In this document: piece by piece, positions 17,989 to 27,777 of the stretch
How the letters are laid out: each line of letters begins with the position of its first letter
Position numbering within the stretch: position 1 is the first letter of the stretch
DNA from: Bacillales bacterium UBA660
GTDB lineage: Bacteria > Bacillota_I > Bacilli_A > RF39 > UBA660
Length of the DNA stretch: 38,026 bases
Direction of reading: 5' to 3'
NCBI GenBank assembly: GCA_002299475.1
Contig: DBNY01000043.1
Location: forward strand, 1-38,026
Notes under the pieces: generated by a model
Databases searched by the model: none
Seen by the model: the letters and a program-made list of their open reading frames with translations, nothing else
Told to the model about the DNA's origin: nothing
Program-made: the position numbers and the translations under genes

Positions 17989-18531
17989 ATGAAAAAAATT
18001 ATTTCCATTTTACTTACACTTATTTTATTTGTAGGTTGTGGTAATTTTAGAGCATCTCCTATTGGTGAGGTGGAAGACTTTTTATCAAAGTATCAAAAGT
18101 TAGATAGTGAAGTTATTGGTCAGTTGAATACTATTGTAGATGCCGATGCTAATTTAACAAGTGAGCAAAAAGTGGATTATAAGAATGCCATTAAGCGCCA
18201 ATACAGAGATTTAACATATAATATTAAAGACGAAATAATTGATGGCGATACAGCAACTGTTACTGTTGAAATTGAAGTATATGATTATCATAAAGCATTG
18301 GTGATGGCTGAACAACATCTGAATGAAAACCCAGATGATTTTTTAACAGAAAATGATACATTTGACGAACGAAAATATTTTGATTATAAGACTGAACAAA
18401 TGGCTAATACAACTGATAAAATAAAATATACTCTTAGTTTAACATTAACCAAACAAGATGAAAATTGGGTAATAGACAATATAAGTGAAACTGTTAGAAC
18501 TAAAATACACGGTTTATATAATTACAGTTAA
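17989..18531 (+). CDS. Putative lipoprotein, function unknown
   Basis: The start was trimmed to ATG 17989, with RBS GGGAGG. It has a signal peptide with lipobox LFVGC (MKKIISILLTLILFVGCGN). Confidence 0.75.
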   Translation: MKKIISILLTLILFVGCGNFRASPIGEVEDFLSKYQKLDSEVIGQLNTIVDADANLTSEQKVDYKNAIKRQYRDLTYNIKDEIIDGDTATVTVEIEVYDYHKALVMAEQHLNENPDDFLTENDTFDERKYFDYKTEQMANTTDKIKYTLSLTLTKQDENWVIDNISETVRTKIHGLYNYS

Positions 18532-18551
18532 AGGGACTTTGGTCCTTTTTT
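18530..18551 (+). terminator. Rho-independent terminator after the lipoprotein gene
   Basis: The sequence aagggac-tttg-gtccttt is followed by a T-run. Confidence 0.6.
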
Positions 18552-18577
18552 GATGTTTATTTTAATATTATTAATAA

Positions 18578-18605
18578 TTGACAAACGTTGGAAAGATGCT
18601 ACAAT
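18578..18605 (+). promoter_or_regulatory. Sigma-A promoter
   Basis: TTGACA (18578-18583) is followed by a 16-nt spacer and an extended -10 TGcTACAAT (18597-18605). It lies inside the 5' end of the tracked ORF, which argues for the downstream start at 18640. Confidence 0.65.
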
Positions 18606-18639
18606 ATATTTTGTATTAGCAAAGGGGGCTTTAATAAAA

Positions 18640-19137
18640 ATGCCAGCAATATTAAAAATAATGCAGACGGTTTTAACTTTTTCACTTGTAAATTGGGCGA
18701 CTTATCTGCGGATTGAGTATGAGATTAATGACTTATTCAAAACAGATAATTATAAAATTTTAGAAGATGATTATCGGGGTTTTATACAAGAAATAAAAGA
18801 GTTTTTAAGTATTGGGTTATATATGTTAATCCCGATATGGCCCTTAAGAAAATTGTATCCTGCTTTGATGTGGGATAGCTATTTTAATCGATATGTACGT
18901 GAAGAATATACAAGAAGGAAAATAGATTATTTTTTTAGTGCAAAGATCGTCTCAATTTTAGAAAACGATAAGAAAGAAAAGAAAGACAGTAAGAAAACAA
19001 ATAAAAATAACGATTATGAAATTAAAGAAGATATTATAGCATTATTGGAAGAAGAAAAAGAAAGATTATTAAAATTTAAAGAAGAGTGCAATAATCAAAA
19101 TGAAAATAACCCAAATAATAAAACTAAAATTAAATAA
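18640..19137 (+). CDS. Hypothetical membrane protein with a Lys/Glu/Asn-rich C-terminal tail
   Basis: The start was trimmed to ATG 18640, with RBS AAGGGGG upstream. It has hydrophobic segments near the N-terminus. I recognised no family. Confidence 0.5.
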   Translation: MPAILKIMQTVLTFSLVNWATYLRIEYEINDLFKTDNYKILEDDYRGFIQEIKEFLSIGLYMLIPIWPLRKLYPALMWDSYFNRYVREEYTRRKIDYFFSAKIVSILENDKKEKKDSKKTNKNNDYEIKEDIIALLEEEKERLLKFKEECNNQNENNPNNKTKIK

Positions 19138-19150
19138 TAGTGAGATATTG

Positions 19151-19186
19151 AACATTTTAAGCATTAACTTGAAATGTTTTCATTTT
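19151..19186 (+). terminator. Possible rho-independent terminator
   Basis: The imperfect 11-bp stem aacattttaag / cttgaaatgtt has one mismatch and is followed by a T-rich tail. Confidence 0.35.
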
Positions 19187-19238
19187 ATCATTTCATTTTT
19201 CAACTGTAATTCACATACACTTTTTTAGGTGATAATTA

Positions 19239-20312
19239 ATGAAAAAGGTTATGCTTATTATAATATTGTTATTGATATTAATGCCAATTAAGATTGAAAG
19301 CATTAATATCAATAGTGAGTGCTTTATTTTAATGGATAGTGACAGTGGTAGAATATTAACGGGAAAAAATATTCATCGACAGAGATTGATTGCATCAATT
19401 ACTAAGATTATGACAGCAGTTATAGCTATTGAATCTAATAAAATGAATGATTTAGTTAAAATAGATGAAACAATATTAAAAAGTTATGGTTCTAATATAT
19501 ATATTGAAATTAATGAAATAATGTCATTAAGAGATTTGATATATGGGTTGATGCTTAAAAGCGGTAATGATGCTGCGATGATGATAGCTCATCATTTATC
19601 TGGTTCTGAAGAAGAATTTGCAAAACTTATGAATAATAAAGCTAAGGAATTAGGAATGAATAATACTATATTTAGAAATCCACATGGTTTGGATGAAGAA
19701 ACTGAGAATTATTCAACTGCGTATGATATAGCGCTTCTTACTAAATATGCTATGACCTTAGATGAATATCGTAAAATAGTTGGCACTAAAAAGCATTATG
19801 TTAAAACTAATTATAAAACTTATGAATGGGTTAATAAAAATCAATTATTATTCTCATATAAATATACAACAGGAGGTAAAAACGGTTATACTGAAAGGGC
19901 GAATAGAACATTAGTAACAACAGCGTCAAAAGATAATTTAAATTTAATCGTAGTTACTTTAAATGAATCTGAGCACTGGGGTGTACATAAATATTTGCAT
20001 GACTATGGATTTGCAAATTATAAAAATTATAAAATTATTAGTAAAAATAATTTTAGATTGGTAGACGAATATTTTTATAAAGATAAATTATTTGTTAAAA
20101 ATGATTATTATTATCCGCTAAAAGAGAAGGAAAAAGATAGTGTATATACTAAGGCCAAAATTATAAAATTTAATAATTATGATGATCATACTAAGGTAGG
20201 GGAAATTGAAATATATTTAAACGATGAAAAAATTCATACTCAGAATGTATATGTCCGAAAGATTAAGAGAAAATGGAATATATTTAGATGGTTAATTAAT
20301 TTATTTATATGA
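19239..20312 (+). CDS. Serine-type D-alanyl-D-alanine carboxypeptidase (PBP5/DacB-like)
   Basis: It has a signal peptide, the SxxK motif SITKIMT, the SxN motif SGND and the KTG-like motif. Adjacency to rluB mirrors B. subtilis dacB...rluB. Confidence 0.85.
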   Translation: MKKVMLIIILLLILMPIKIESININSECFILMDSDSGRILTGKNIHRQRLIASITKIMTAVIAIESNKMNDLVKIDETILKSYGSNIYIEINEIMSLRDLIYGLMLKSGNDAAMMIAHHLSGSEEEFAKLMNNKAKELGMNNTIFRNPHGLDEETENYSTAYDIALLTKYAMTLDEYRKIVGTKKHYVKTNYKTYEWVNKNQLLFSYKYTTGGKNGYTERANRTLVTTASKDNLNLIVVTLNESEHWGVHKYLHDYGFANYKNYKIISKNNFRLVDEYFYKDKLFVKNDYYYPLKEKEKDSVYTKAKIIKFNNYDDHTKVGEIEIYLNDEKIHTQNVYVRKIKRKWNIFRWLINLFI

Positions 20313-20357
20313 TTGAATTATGATAGTAAACAATATATAATAATTTTAGGTGATTAG

Positions 20358-21077
20358 ATGGAAAGATTACAGAAAATTATTGCTAATAAGGGATATTGCT
20401 CAAGGAGAAAGGCCGAAAAATTAATTCTTGATGGCAAAGTAAAGGTAAACGGTAATATTGTTACTGAATTAGGGTTTAAAGCTGGTTCTAATGATGAGAT
20501 AGTTGTAAATGATATAAAATTAGAGAACGTATTAAAGGAATACTTTTTGTTATATAAACCAAAAGGCGTGCTTAGCACAACAAGTGATGATAAGGGAAGA
20601 AAAACTATATTGGACTTGTTTAATATTAAAAATAGAATTTATCCTATAGGTAGATTGGATTATGATACAACAGGTATTATATTACTTACTAACGATGGTG
20701 AATTTGCAAATTTAATGATGCATCCTAGAAATGAAATTGATAAAGTGTATATAATTAAATTAAAAGGAATAATGAATGCTTCAGATATATATAGATTAAA
20801 AAATGGAATTATCTTAGATGGAGTAAAAACTGCTAAGGCAAAAGTAAAGATAAAAAAAGTTGATAAAAATAAAAATACCTCTATTGTTGAAATGACTATT
20901 CATGAAGGTAGATATCATCAAGTAAAAAGGATGTTTGAATCTCTTAATTATCAAATAGATAAATTAAAAAGAGAGCGTATTGCCTTTCTTGATTTAAGTG
21001 GATTAAAACCAGGAGAGCATAGAAGGGTTACTATAAAAGAGGTAAGGCAATTATATAATTTAGCAACAAAAAAGTAA
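20358..21077 (+). CDS. rluB: rRNA pseudouridine synthase, RsuA/RluB family
   Basis: The N-terminal S4 domain is MERLQKIIANKGYCSRRKAEKLILDGKVKVNG. The catalytic motif is GRLDYDTTGIILLTNDGE. Confidence 0.88.
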   Translation: MERLQKIIANKGYCSRRKAEKLILDGKVKVNGNIVTELGFKAGSNDEIVVNDIKLENVLKEYFLLYKPKGVLSTTSDDKGRKTILDLFNIKNRIYPIGRLDYDTTGIILLTNDGEFANLMMHPRNEIDKVYIIKLKGIMNASDIYRLKNGIILDGVKTAKAKVKIKKVDKNKNTSIVEMTIHEGRYHQVKRMFESLNYQIDKLKRERIAFLDLSGLKPGEHRRVTIKEVRQLYNLATKK

Positions 21078-21093
21078 CTTTCTAGTTACTTTT
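21068..21093. terminator. Bidirectional terminator shared by convergent rluB and ferredoxin genes
   Basis: The perfect stem aaaaagtaac / gttacttttt overlaps both stop codons. Confidence 0.6.
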
Positions 21094-21277
21094 TAATACT
21101 TATTGCTTCAGTAGGACAACTTTTAAGAGCATTCGTAATATTGTCTTTTTCGGCATCGTCACAGTCATTATTTTTTACATAAGCTAATCCCTCATCATTA
21201 AAATCAAATGTCTCAGGAGCAGTAGTTAAACAGATACCACAACCGATACATTTATTTTGATCTACACTTACTTTCAT
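21086..21277 (-). CDS. fer: Small ferredoxin (single [4Fe-4S]/[3Fe-4S] cluster type)
   Basis: The 63-aa ORF has the CIGCGIC motif and a distal Cys-Pro (SCPTEAI). Confidence 0.85.
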   Translation of the reverse strand: MKVSVDQNKCIGCGICLTTAPETFDFNDEGLAYVKNNDCDDAEKDNITNALKSCPTEAISIKK

Positions 21278-21410
21278 TTGTGCTACATCTCCTTCCCTAT
21301 ATTATTAAATTATATATTAATTTTTCAAAAAAACAACCTAAATAATTTTTATTATTTGAAAATGTTGAAAAAACATGCTAAAATTTAATTAGACTATAGA
21401 GGTGGATATG

Positions 21411-22232
21411 ATGAAAAGTCGTATGGAAAAATATTATAATAATGAAATGGAAAATAATGAAAGAATTCAAAAAAACAAAAAATTATATGATACTATATAT
21501 AACTTTGAATCTCTAACAAATGAAAATGATGTTGTCACTGCCAATGAAATGGAATTGAATCCAAATCTTTCTAATAGTAAAAGCAGGGAAGAATATCGCA
21601 AATTAAAGGAATATCAAAATATATTAAAAAAAGATAGAATTAGTATTAATAATAATATTGAATTAACTTCGCAAGAAGAAAAAAAAGTTTATGATATAAA
21701 TAGCATTTTAGAAAAAGCTCGTTTAGAAAGAGGAATAGATGAGGACGAGAAAGAAAATCATCGTAAATTACGAAATACTCAGTATGATATTTTAAACAAA
21801 TTAAATCTTGCTAATAAGGTGAGCGAAACTCTAGAGGAAACAAAATCAGATGAAGAAAGATTAAAAGAATTAATTAACACTATTACTATGAATAAAAGAG
21901 TATTGAATGATTTAGTTAAAAAAGATAATGGTGATTTATTATTTGATTTGTTACCTAGTGAAAATACTTTAGTCTCTGGCAGCTTAACTAGTTGTGTGAT
22001 ACAAGAAAAAACTTCTAGCAATGATGAAAATGAGCAGGAGAGTGCTAAATCATTTTATACTAGTGCATATGATTTCAATAATTCAGATTTTGAAGAGGCA
22101 AAGGAAACAGAAAATGTTGGCAAGTTAAATAATACACTAATAAAATTATTATTATTTATTTTGATTGTAATTATTACTACAGTTGTTTTATTTATATTAA
22201 ATAATTATGTTGACTTGAATATATTTAGATAA
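21411..22232 (+). CDS. Hypothetical tail-anchored membrane protein (Asn/Glu/Lys-rich cytoplasmic region, single C-terminal TM)
   Basis: RBS is GAGGTGG, with start ATG 21408 or 21411. The C-terminal helix is LIKLLLFILIVIITTVVLFIL. I recognised no family. Confidence 0.5.
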   Translation: MKSRMEKYYNNEMENNERIQKNKKLYDTIYNFESLTNENDVVTANEMELNPNLSNSKSREEYRKLKEYQNILKKDRISINNNIELTSQEEKKVYDINSILEKARLERGIDEDEKENHRKLRNTQYDILNKLNLANKVSETLEETKSDEERLKELINTITMNKRVLNDLVKKDNGDLLFDLLPSENTLVSGSLTSCVIQEKTSSNDENEQESAKSFYTSAYDFNNSDFEEAKETENVGKLNNTLIKLLLFILIVIITTVVLFILNNYVDLNIFR

Positions 22233-22235
22233 TAA

Positions 22236-22700
22236 TTACAAATAAAAATCATCTATTTTGGGATTATTACTGAAATGGTTTTTTTTATATTTTTTATTTA
22301 TCTCTGTTAAAACTACTAAAGCCTTTTCGTTTTTGTGATTAGTTATATCAGCAAGAGATATTATTCCCACTAATATATTATTATCTATTATTAATAGTCT
22401 TTTTATCTGTTTTTCAGCCATTAATTCACTCGCTTTTTCAATTGATGTATTAGAGTCTACAAATATGATTTCTTGTGTCATATATTTACTAATTTTGGCG
22501 TTATAATCTTCTTTATTAGCGATGCCTCTGATTATCATGTCACGATCAGTTATAACCCCAACAACAATGGCTTCATTCATAATAGGTAGAAATCCTATAT
22601 CATATTTTTTCATCAATGTAGATGCCTTTAAAAAAGTATCGTCTTCATCTATTGTAATTATATTTATAGTCATAATGTCTTTGGCCTTATTTTTAAGCAT
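22236..22700 (-). CDS. CBS domain pair protein
   Basis: The start was trimmed to ATG 22700, with RBS GAAAGGA 8 nt upstream. There are two CBS repeats (DIMTINIITIDEDDT...GFLPIMNE..VVGVITDRD and IIFVDSNTSIEKA...KRLLIIDNNILVGIISLADI). Confidence 0.8.
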   Translation of the reverse strand: MLKNKAKDIMTINIITIDEDDTFLKASTLMKKYDIGFLPIMNEAIVVGVITDRDMIIRGIANKEDYNAKISKYMTQEIIFVDSNTSIEKASELMAEKQIKRLLIIDNNILVGIISLADITNHKNEKALVVLTEINKKYKKNHFSNNPKIDDFYL

Positions 22701-22778
22701 AATTTTCATCCTTTCATATTTATGTTTTACAATATCTAAAAAAATATTACTATTCATATAGTTAAATAGGTGAAAATT

Positions 22779-23540
22779 ATGGCTGGAAAAATTAAATTAA
22801 AGAAAATAAATAAAAAAATATATACTTACTCTCCGGCACTAACTATTTTAACTTCAGTTATCTTAATAGTAATTATATTAATAAAATATTTAAGTGACAT
22901 TGCATCTCCAATTATATTTGCATATGCCCAATTAAGAGTAGAACAGTTAGGGAACCAAATTATCAATAATGCTGTATCAAAGGAAGTCTTAGAAGAATTA
23001 GATGTTAATAAATTATTTATAACTGCTAAAAATAGTAATGGCCAAATAGTTAGTATTGATTTTAATCCTATTATCGTGAATATAGTGTTAAATGAAGCTA
23101 CTGATGTTATTCAAAAGAATTTAAAGGCGTTAGAAAAGGGCGAATTGCATTTAATAGATGATTATAAAAATATTTTTTTAGGGTATGATATAGAAAGATT
23201 GAGAAAAGGTATAATTTATGAAATGCCTTTAGGAATTATAACCAATAGTTCTTTACTAGCTAATTTAGGACCTAGAATACCAATTAAATTTTCATTAATG
23301 GGAAGCCTAGTTGCCAATATTGAAACAAAAATAAAAAATTATGGTATTAATAACATTATAATGGAGGTATTTATTTACATTAGGATAAATAATCGTCTAA
23401 TATTGCCTTTATTATCTAAGGATATTAATTATATAATTACTATACCAGTAGTTACTAAAATAATGCCAGGAGAAATTCCCAAATTTTATCAATCTGGTAT
23501 TAGTCAATCATCCTCAATATTAGCAATACCTATGGAATAA
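22779..23540 (+). CDS. yunB: Sporulation protein YunB
   Basis: The start was trimmed to ATG 22779, with RBS AGGTGA. It has an N-terminal TM helix. The C-terminal block MPLGIITNSSLLANLGPRIPIKF...GINNIIMEVFIYIRINNRLILP...IPVVTKIMPGEIPKFY matches the YunB family pattern. Confidence 0.75.
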   Translation: MAGKIKLKKINKKIYTYSPALTILTSVILIVIILIKYLSDIASPIIFAYAQLRVEQLGNQIINNAVSKEVLEELDVNKLFITAKNSNGQIVSIDFNPIIVNIVLNEATDVIQKNLKALEKGELHLIDDYKNIFLGYDIERLRKGIIYEMPLGIITNSSLLANLGPRIPIKFSLMGSLVANIETKIKNYGINNIIMEVFIYIRINNRLILPLLSKDINYIITIPVVTKIMPGEIPKFYQSGISQSSSILAIPME

Positions 23541-23585
23541 TATGCTTTATCGTGTTATACTTTATATATGGTAGAGGAGAAATAA

Positions 23586-25289
23586 ATGGTGAAGAAAAAA
23601 ATAATGATTGCTAGCAATAAAAGAAACCTTATATATTTTATTGGGGTAATGATATTATCTTATTCATTATTTATTTTATTTAGTAATAAAGCAATTGATA
23701 ATACAAAGATAGTGTTTCTAGCAAGTAGTACTACTAGTGTTAATCTTTATGATGGAAACTTTAATTTGGCTATTAATATTCCAAGAGGCTTAGAAGTTAT
23801 TATAGATAGCGATAAGAGAGTTGAGAATGATAATAATATATATTATGAATTAGTAGTTAATGGTGAAAAATATTATGTAATGAATGATAATTTGGTTGAT
23901 AACAAAAGAGAAGTTGTTTTGGAAAAAAAGATATATGTAAGAACTGCTATTAATTTATTAAGTTCTGAAGAGGAAGGAAAATTACTTGCATTAGTAAATA
24001 AGGGTGATGAATTAGAAGTTATAGGATATGATGAAATTAATAGTGAAGGCAAAGTAATTACATATAAAGTTAAACATAATGATTTGATAGGCAATATATA
24101 TGCTAAATATACTGTGTTTGATAAAGAAAGTGCACTACTTCATTATCAGCCTGAAAAATATTATAATGTTCATTTTAATAGAGGAAATACTTATGGTGGA
24201 GGTCATGCTGGCAATTTAGATTACTATCCCGTTGAAAAATTTATTTTTGAAAATAATATAATGCCAGACCCTGTTTATGCCCTTTATTTAAATGCTAGTA
24301 GCAATGTTATATCTAATATTGAAAAATATATTGAATTAGCTGAAGGTACTGAAATAAATGCCTTTGTTGTTGACATAAAGGATAATAAATCAGGAGGTTA
24401 TAAATCAGAAGTTATGAAAAAATATTCCATTACTAGTTATAATAAGGCTCACAATAGTTTCGAAGATTATAAACTAGCTATTAATAAATTAAAGGATGCA
24501 GGTTTTTATGTAATTGGTAGAATTACCTTGTTTAAGGACGAGTATTTTGTTAATGACAATCCAGAGTATGCTATTGCCAATAAAATAACTAATGAACCTT
24601 ATTTACATCAAAATACTTATTGGCCAAGCCCTTTTCAAAGGTATGTTTGGGAGTATAATGTAGAACTTGCTAAAGAAGCGGTTAAAGAGATGGGATTTAA
24701 TGAAATACAATTTGATTATGTGAGATTTCCAGATAGAACTGGTAGCGCCGAAAGGCAAGGGTTAATTGATTTCAAAAATGAGTATAATGAAGAAAAAGCC
24801 CAAGCTATTCAAAGGTTTTTAATGTATGCCTGTGATGAACTGCGTAAATTAAATGTTTATGTTTCAGCAGATGTATTTGGAGAATCAGCTCATACCTATG
24901 TAGCCGCTTATGGACAGTACTGGCCTGCAATTAGTAATGTGGTTGATGTAATTAGTGGCATGCCGTATCCTGATCATTTTAGTGCTCATGAGTATGGTTT
25001 TGAAGAAGTAGTATGGACAATTCCATATGATTTATTATATCATTGGGGTAAAAATTATGTTATGAAGAGACAGCAAGAAATACCTACTCCTGCTAAACTA
25101 AGAACTTGGGTGCAGGGCTATGATACGATTCGTGCTCCTTATATAATATACAATGCTGATAAAGTAGAAGCACAAATAAGAGGTTTATTTGATGCAGGTT
25201 TAAATAATGGTTATATGATATGGAATGCTAAGTCTAGTTTAAGTAAATATAAGGCTCAAATTGAGGCTTATAAAAAAGATTATAGATAG
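23586..25289 (+). CDS. Putative glycoside hydrolase (DUF4015/GHL-type TIM barrel) with an N-terminal TM anchor and SH3-like region
   Basis: RBS is GAGGAG. The segment INAFVVDIKDNKSGGYKSEV ... YVIGRITLFKD ... EIQFDYVRFPD is characteristic of the COG1306/DUF4015 putative glycosyl hydrolases. Confidence 0.65.
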   Translation: MVKKKIMIASNKRNLIYFIGVMILSYSLFILFSNKAIDNTKIVFLASSTTSVNLYDGNFNLAINIPRGLEVIIDSDKRVENDNNIYYELVVNGEKYYVMNDNLVDNKREVVLEKKIYVRTAINLLSSEEEGKLLALVNKGDELEVIGYDEINSEGKVITYKVKHNDLIGNIYAKYTVFDKESALLHYQPEKYYNVHFNRGNTYGGGHAGNLDYYPVEKFIFENNIMPDPVYALYLNASSNVISNIEKYIELAEGTEINAFVVDIKDNKSGGYKSEVMKKYSITSYNKAHNSFEDYKLAINKLKDAGFYVIGRITLFKDEYFVNDNPEYAIANKITNEPYLHQNTYWPSPFQRYVWEYNVELAKEAVKEMGFNEIQFDYVRFPDRTGSAERQGLIDFKNEYNEEKAQAIQRFLMYACDELRKLNVYVSADVFGESAHTYVAAYGQYWPAISNVVDVISGMPYPDHFSAHEYGFEEVVWTIPYDLLYHWGKNYVMKRQQEIPTPAKLRTWVQGYDTIRAPYIIYNADKVEAQIRGLFDAGLNNGYMIWNAKSSLSKYKAQIEAYKKDYR

Positions 25290-25298
25290 GAAGTATAT

Positions 25299-25574
25299 AT
25301 GAAAAAAATAATAATTAATAATGTTGAATATGAATTAATGAATAATTATAAGGATTCTTTTAATGAAACAGAATTTAATGAAAAATGTACTGATTACTTT
25401 TATGATTATGATTATATAGTAGGTGATTATGCATATAATCGTTTGCGTTTAAAGGGATTTTACAATGGCAATAATAAACAAGCAAAAGATATTAACAATA
25501 TCAAAAATTTAGATAAATATATAAAAGATTATTGTGCATATGACTGTAGATACTATGTAATTAAGAAAAAATAA
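25299..25574 (+). CDS. yutD: YutD-like protein (DUF1027)
   Basis: The 91-aa ORF has the motif YDYIVGDYAYNRLRLKGFY, typical of YutD. It lies in a yut-like neighbourhood. Confidence 0.7.
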   Translation: MKKIIINNVEYELMNNYKDSFNETEFNEKCTDYFYDYDYIVGDYAYNRLRLKGFYNGNNKQAKDINNIKNLDKYIKDYCAYDCRYYVIKKK

Positions 25575-25668
25575 TATTTACATGATTTGACAAAAATAAT
25601 TATAAAGCAATAGTATTATTTTAATATCATGATATACTTATAGTAAGGAATAAGGAGGGCTAACAATA

Positions 25669-25935
25669 ATGAATGAAGAAAGAAAACAATTAACAATTAT
25701 TGATAAATTAGGGAATAAAACTCAGGTTGAAGTGGTGGTCGCTTTTAAAATTGAAGCGATCAATAAAGATTATGTTGTCTATACGATGAACCAAAAAGAT
25801 GAAAATGGCAATATTACTCTTTATGCATCAACAATAGAGGAAATAAATGGGGAAAAGCAGTTAGTGGGAATACGCACTGATGAAGAATGGCAAAAAATTA
25901 AAGAAATTATTAGAGAGTTAGCTAAAGTTGAGTAG
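25669..25935 (+). CDS. DUF1292-family small protein
   Basis: The 88-aa ORF has RBS AAGGAGGG. The pattern ITIIDKLGNKTQVEVVVAF...KDYVVYTMNQKDENGNITLYAS...GIRTDEEWQKIKEI fits DUF1292. Confidence 0.65.
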   Translation: MNEERKQLTIIDKLGNKTQVEVVVAFKIEAINKDYVVYTMNQKDENGNITLYASTIEEINGEKQLVGIRTDEEWQKIKEIIRELAKVE

Positions 25936-25953
25936 CTTAAGGGGTGATATTAT

Positions 25954-27210
25954 ATGTCGGAGAAAGTAGAACAAATAGGTATAAAATTAATTGATTTGCC
26001 TTTAGAAATAAAGAAAACAGATGCTAAAGTATTTGGGGCAACTGATTATATATTTAACAGAGTTAAAAGATTTTTTTTAGCGACTTTTAAAAAAGTAGTT
26101 TATCAAACTAGTGATCAAGTGAAAAAAGCGGAAGAAAAATTAGGTATTAAAATCGAAACATTAGATAGCGAAATTAAGATGGCTGATGTGGATAAAGTAA
26201 AGCTAATAAAGGTTCCGGCTGCTTATTTTAGCAACCTAACTAAATTAATTTATGGTCGTATTGCAAGGCAGGAAAGTAAACCTGTTGAAATAGATGCAAA
26301 AGAACCAAATATAGAGTTGAGAAACTTAGATGAAGTTTTGAATAATCTTAATGCAACAACGGAAAAAGTAGTTCCTTTTAAAGATGTTGCTAGTGGTGTA
26401 ACAATAATTAGTCAAGGTGATAACAATTATTTATTTGATAGTAATGGTAAAGAATTGCCTAATCCCGATTATGATACAATTAATTATTTTAAAACACTAA
26501 GAGATAATTCTTTAAATCCGGTTCAACTAACAAGTAATAAGATTGAAGAAAAAGTTGTGGCAGTTGAGCCAGAGGTTAAAGTTGAAGAAAAAGTTGTGGC
26601 AGTTGAGCCAGAAGTCAAAGCTGAAGAAAAAATTGAAAATGTTGAAGTTAACAGGCCAAGTGATTTAGAAGAATTAGTTAGCAGTATTGGTAATAAGCAA
26701 TATGAAAAAAGAATATATGAAGATGGTACAATAGCCATTAATAATGATAAAGAGTATCATTTGTTTGACGCTAGTGGTAAAGAATATGGTTATGATGTAG
26801 AGAGATCGGTTTATTATGATAGAAAAGTACCAGTAAGTGTTGATAAATATAATGAGATAAAAGAGGTAACAGAACCTTTAGTTCAAACTACCTCGGTAGA
26901 TTCTGCATTATTTGAACAAATTATGGCTGAAAAAAAGGTTTTAGAATTAAAACTAGCAGCATCAGAAGAAAGAAATAAGTGGTTAATGGAGCAAGTGTCA
27001 TCAAGAATAGATGCTATTGACGGCAAAATAGCTAATGTAATGGTCAATACTAAAAGTATCGATGATAAAACAACAATTGTTAAAGATGCTTTAGGAACAG
27101 TATTAAAAAGCATTGGTGCTCAATTACAAATGGGTAGTGATTTGAAGCAACAGCTTAATAATGCTCAATCAGTTGTTGATGCATCAGCCATTCAGTACAC
27201 AAAAGAATAA
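25954..27210 (+). CDS. Hypothetical protein with an internal tandem repeat and a C-terminal coiled coil
   Basis: The 418-aa ORF has RBS AAGGGGTG. A 39-nt tandem repeat (26545-26622) encodes EEKVVAVEPEVK(V/A). A duplicated motif of about 20 aa occurs twice (IISQGDNNYLFDSNGKEL and IAINNDKEYHLFDASGKEY). I recognised no family. Confidence 0.55.
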   Translation: MSEKVEQIGIKLIDLPLEIKKTDAKVFGATDYIFNRVKRFFLATFKKVVYQTSDQVKKAEEKLGIKIETLDSEIKMADVDKVKLIKVPAAYFSNLTKLIYGRIARQESKPVEIDAKEPNIELRNLDEVLNNLNATTEKVVPFKDVASGVTIISQGDNNYLFDSNGKELPNPDYDTINYFKTLRDNSLNPVQLTSNKIEEKVVAVEPEVKVEEKVVAVEPEVKAEEKIENVEVNRPSDLEELVSSIGNKQYEKRIYEDGTIAINNDKEYHLFDASGKEYGYDVERSVYYDRKVPVSVDKYNEIKEVTEPLVQTTSVDSALFEQIMAEKKVLELKLAASEERNKWLMEQVSSRIDAIDGKIANVMVNTKSIDDKTTIVKDALGTVLKSIGAQLQMGSDLKQQLNNAQSVVDASAIQYTKE

Positions 27211-27212
27211 GT

Positions 27213-27246
27213 AAAAAAGGTATCCTTTCTTGGATGCCTTTTTATT
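27213..27246. terminator. Bidirectional terminator between convergent genes
   Basis: The sequence aaaaaaggtatcc-tttctt-ggatgccttttt is flanked by A and T runs. Confidence 0.65.
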
Positions 27247-27712
27247 TGTTAGCAATTGTACTCGAACAAGCGGCCACTATAGCGGCTACTATATCATCTA
27301 GAAATGTTGTGCATATTCTTTTTTCTTTACCTAATTGATCAATTCTGCCTATTATATATGGTTTTTCCTTATCTAAATACCCAAAATTAGTTAATGCTAT
27401 TGAGCCAAATCTATTAACAATACTTAAAGCTAATATTTCATCTATACCATAAATGCCTTTGTCATTAGTTATAAGATCAACTACTTCTTTATCTAAAAGA
27501 TTAGTTTCGGCTGCTTTATCAATAGCTATACCAGTTAATATGGCATATATAACTTCTTTTTCTTCTAAAACAGATAAAACTATTTCTTGACAATATTCAT
27601 GCGTAATCGTTGTATATTGCTTTTGTAAATCATATACAATTAGTGCTATATCATGAATTGTAACCCCTCGTTCTTCTAATCTTTTAATTGCGATTTCTTT
27701 TAAATTAACCAT
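27242..27712 (-). CDS. Phosphatidylglycerophosphatase A family protein (YutG-like)
   Basis: The start was trimmed to ATG 27712. There is strong resemblance to B. subtilis YutG: KRLEERGVTIHDIA..., EVIYAILTGIAID, GIYGIDEILALSIVNRFGSIALTNFGYLDKEKP, and TTFLDDIVAAIVAACSS. Confidence 0.8.
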   Translation of the reverse strand: MVNLKEIAIKRLEERGVTIHDIALIVYDLQKQYTTITHEYCQEIVLSVLEEKEVIYAILTGIAIDKAAETNLLDKEVVDLITNDKGIYGIDEILALSIVNRFGSIALTNFGYLDKEKPYIIGRIDQLGKEKRICTTFLDDIVAAIVAACSSTIANK

Positions 27713-27777
27713 GTGTTCGTCTCCTTCAAAATTCATATTTTTTTTGTTTATTTCATAATATTTTATGAGGTGAATAC

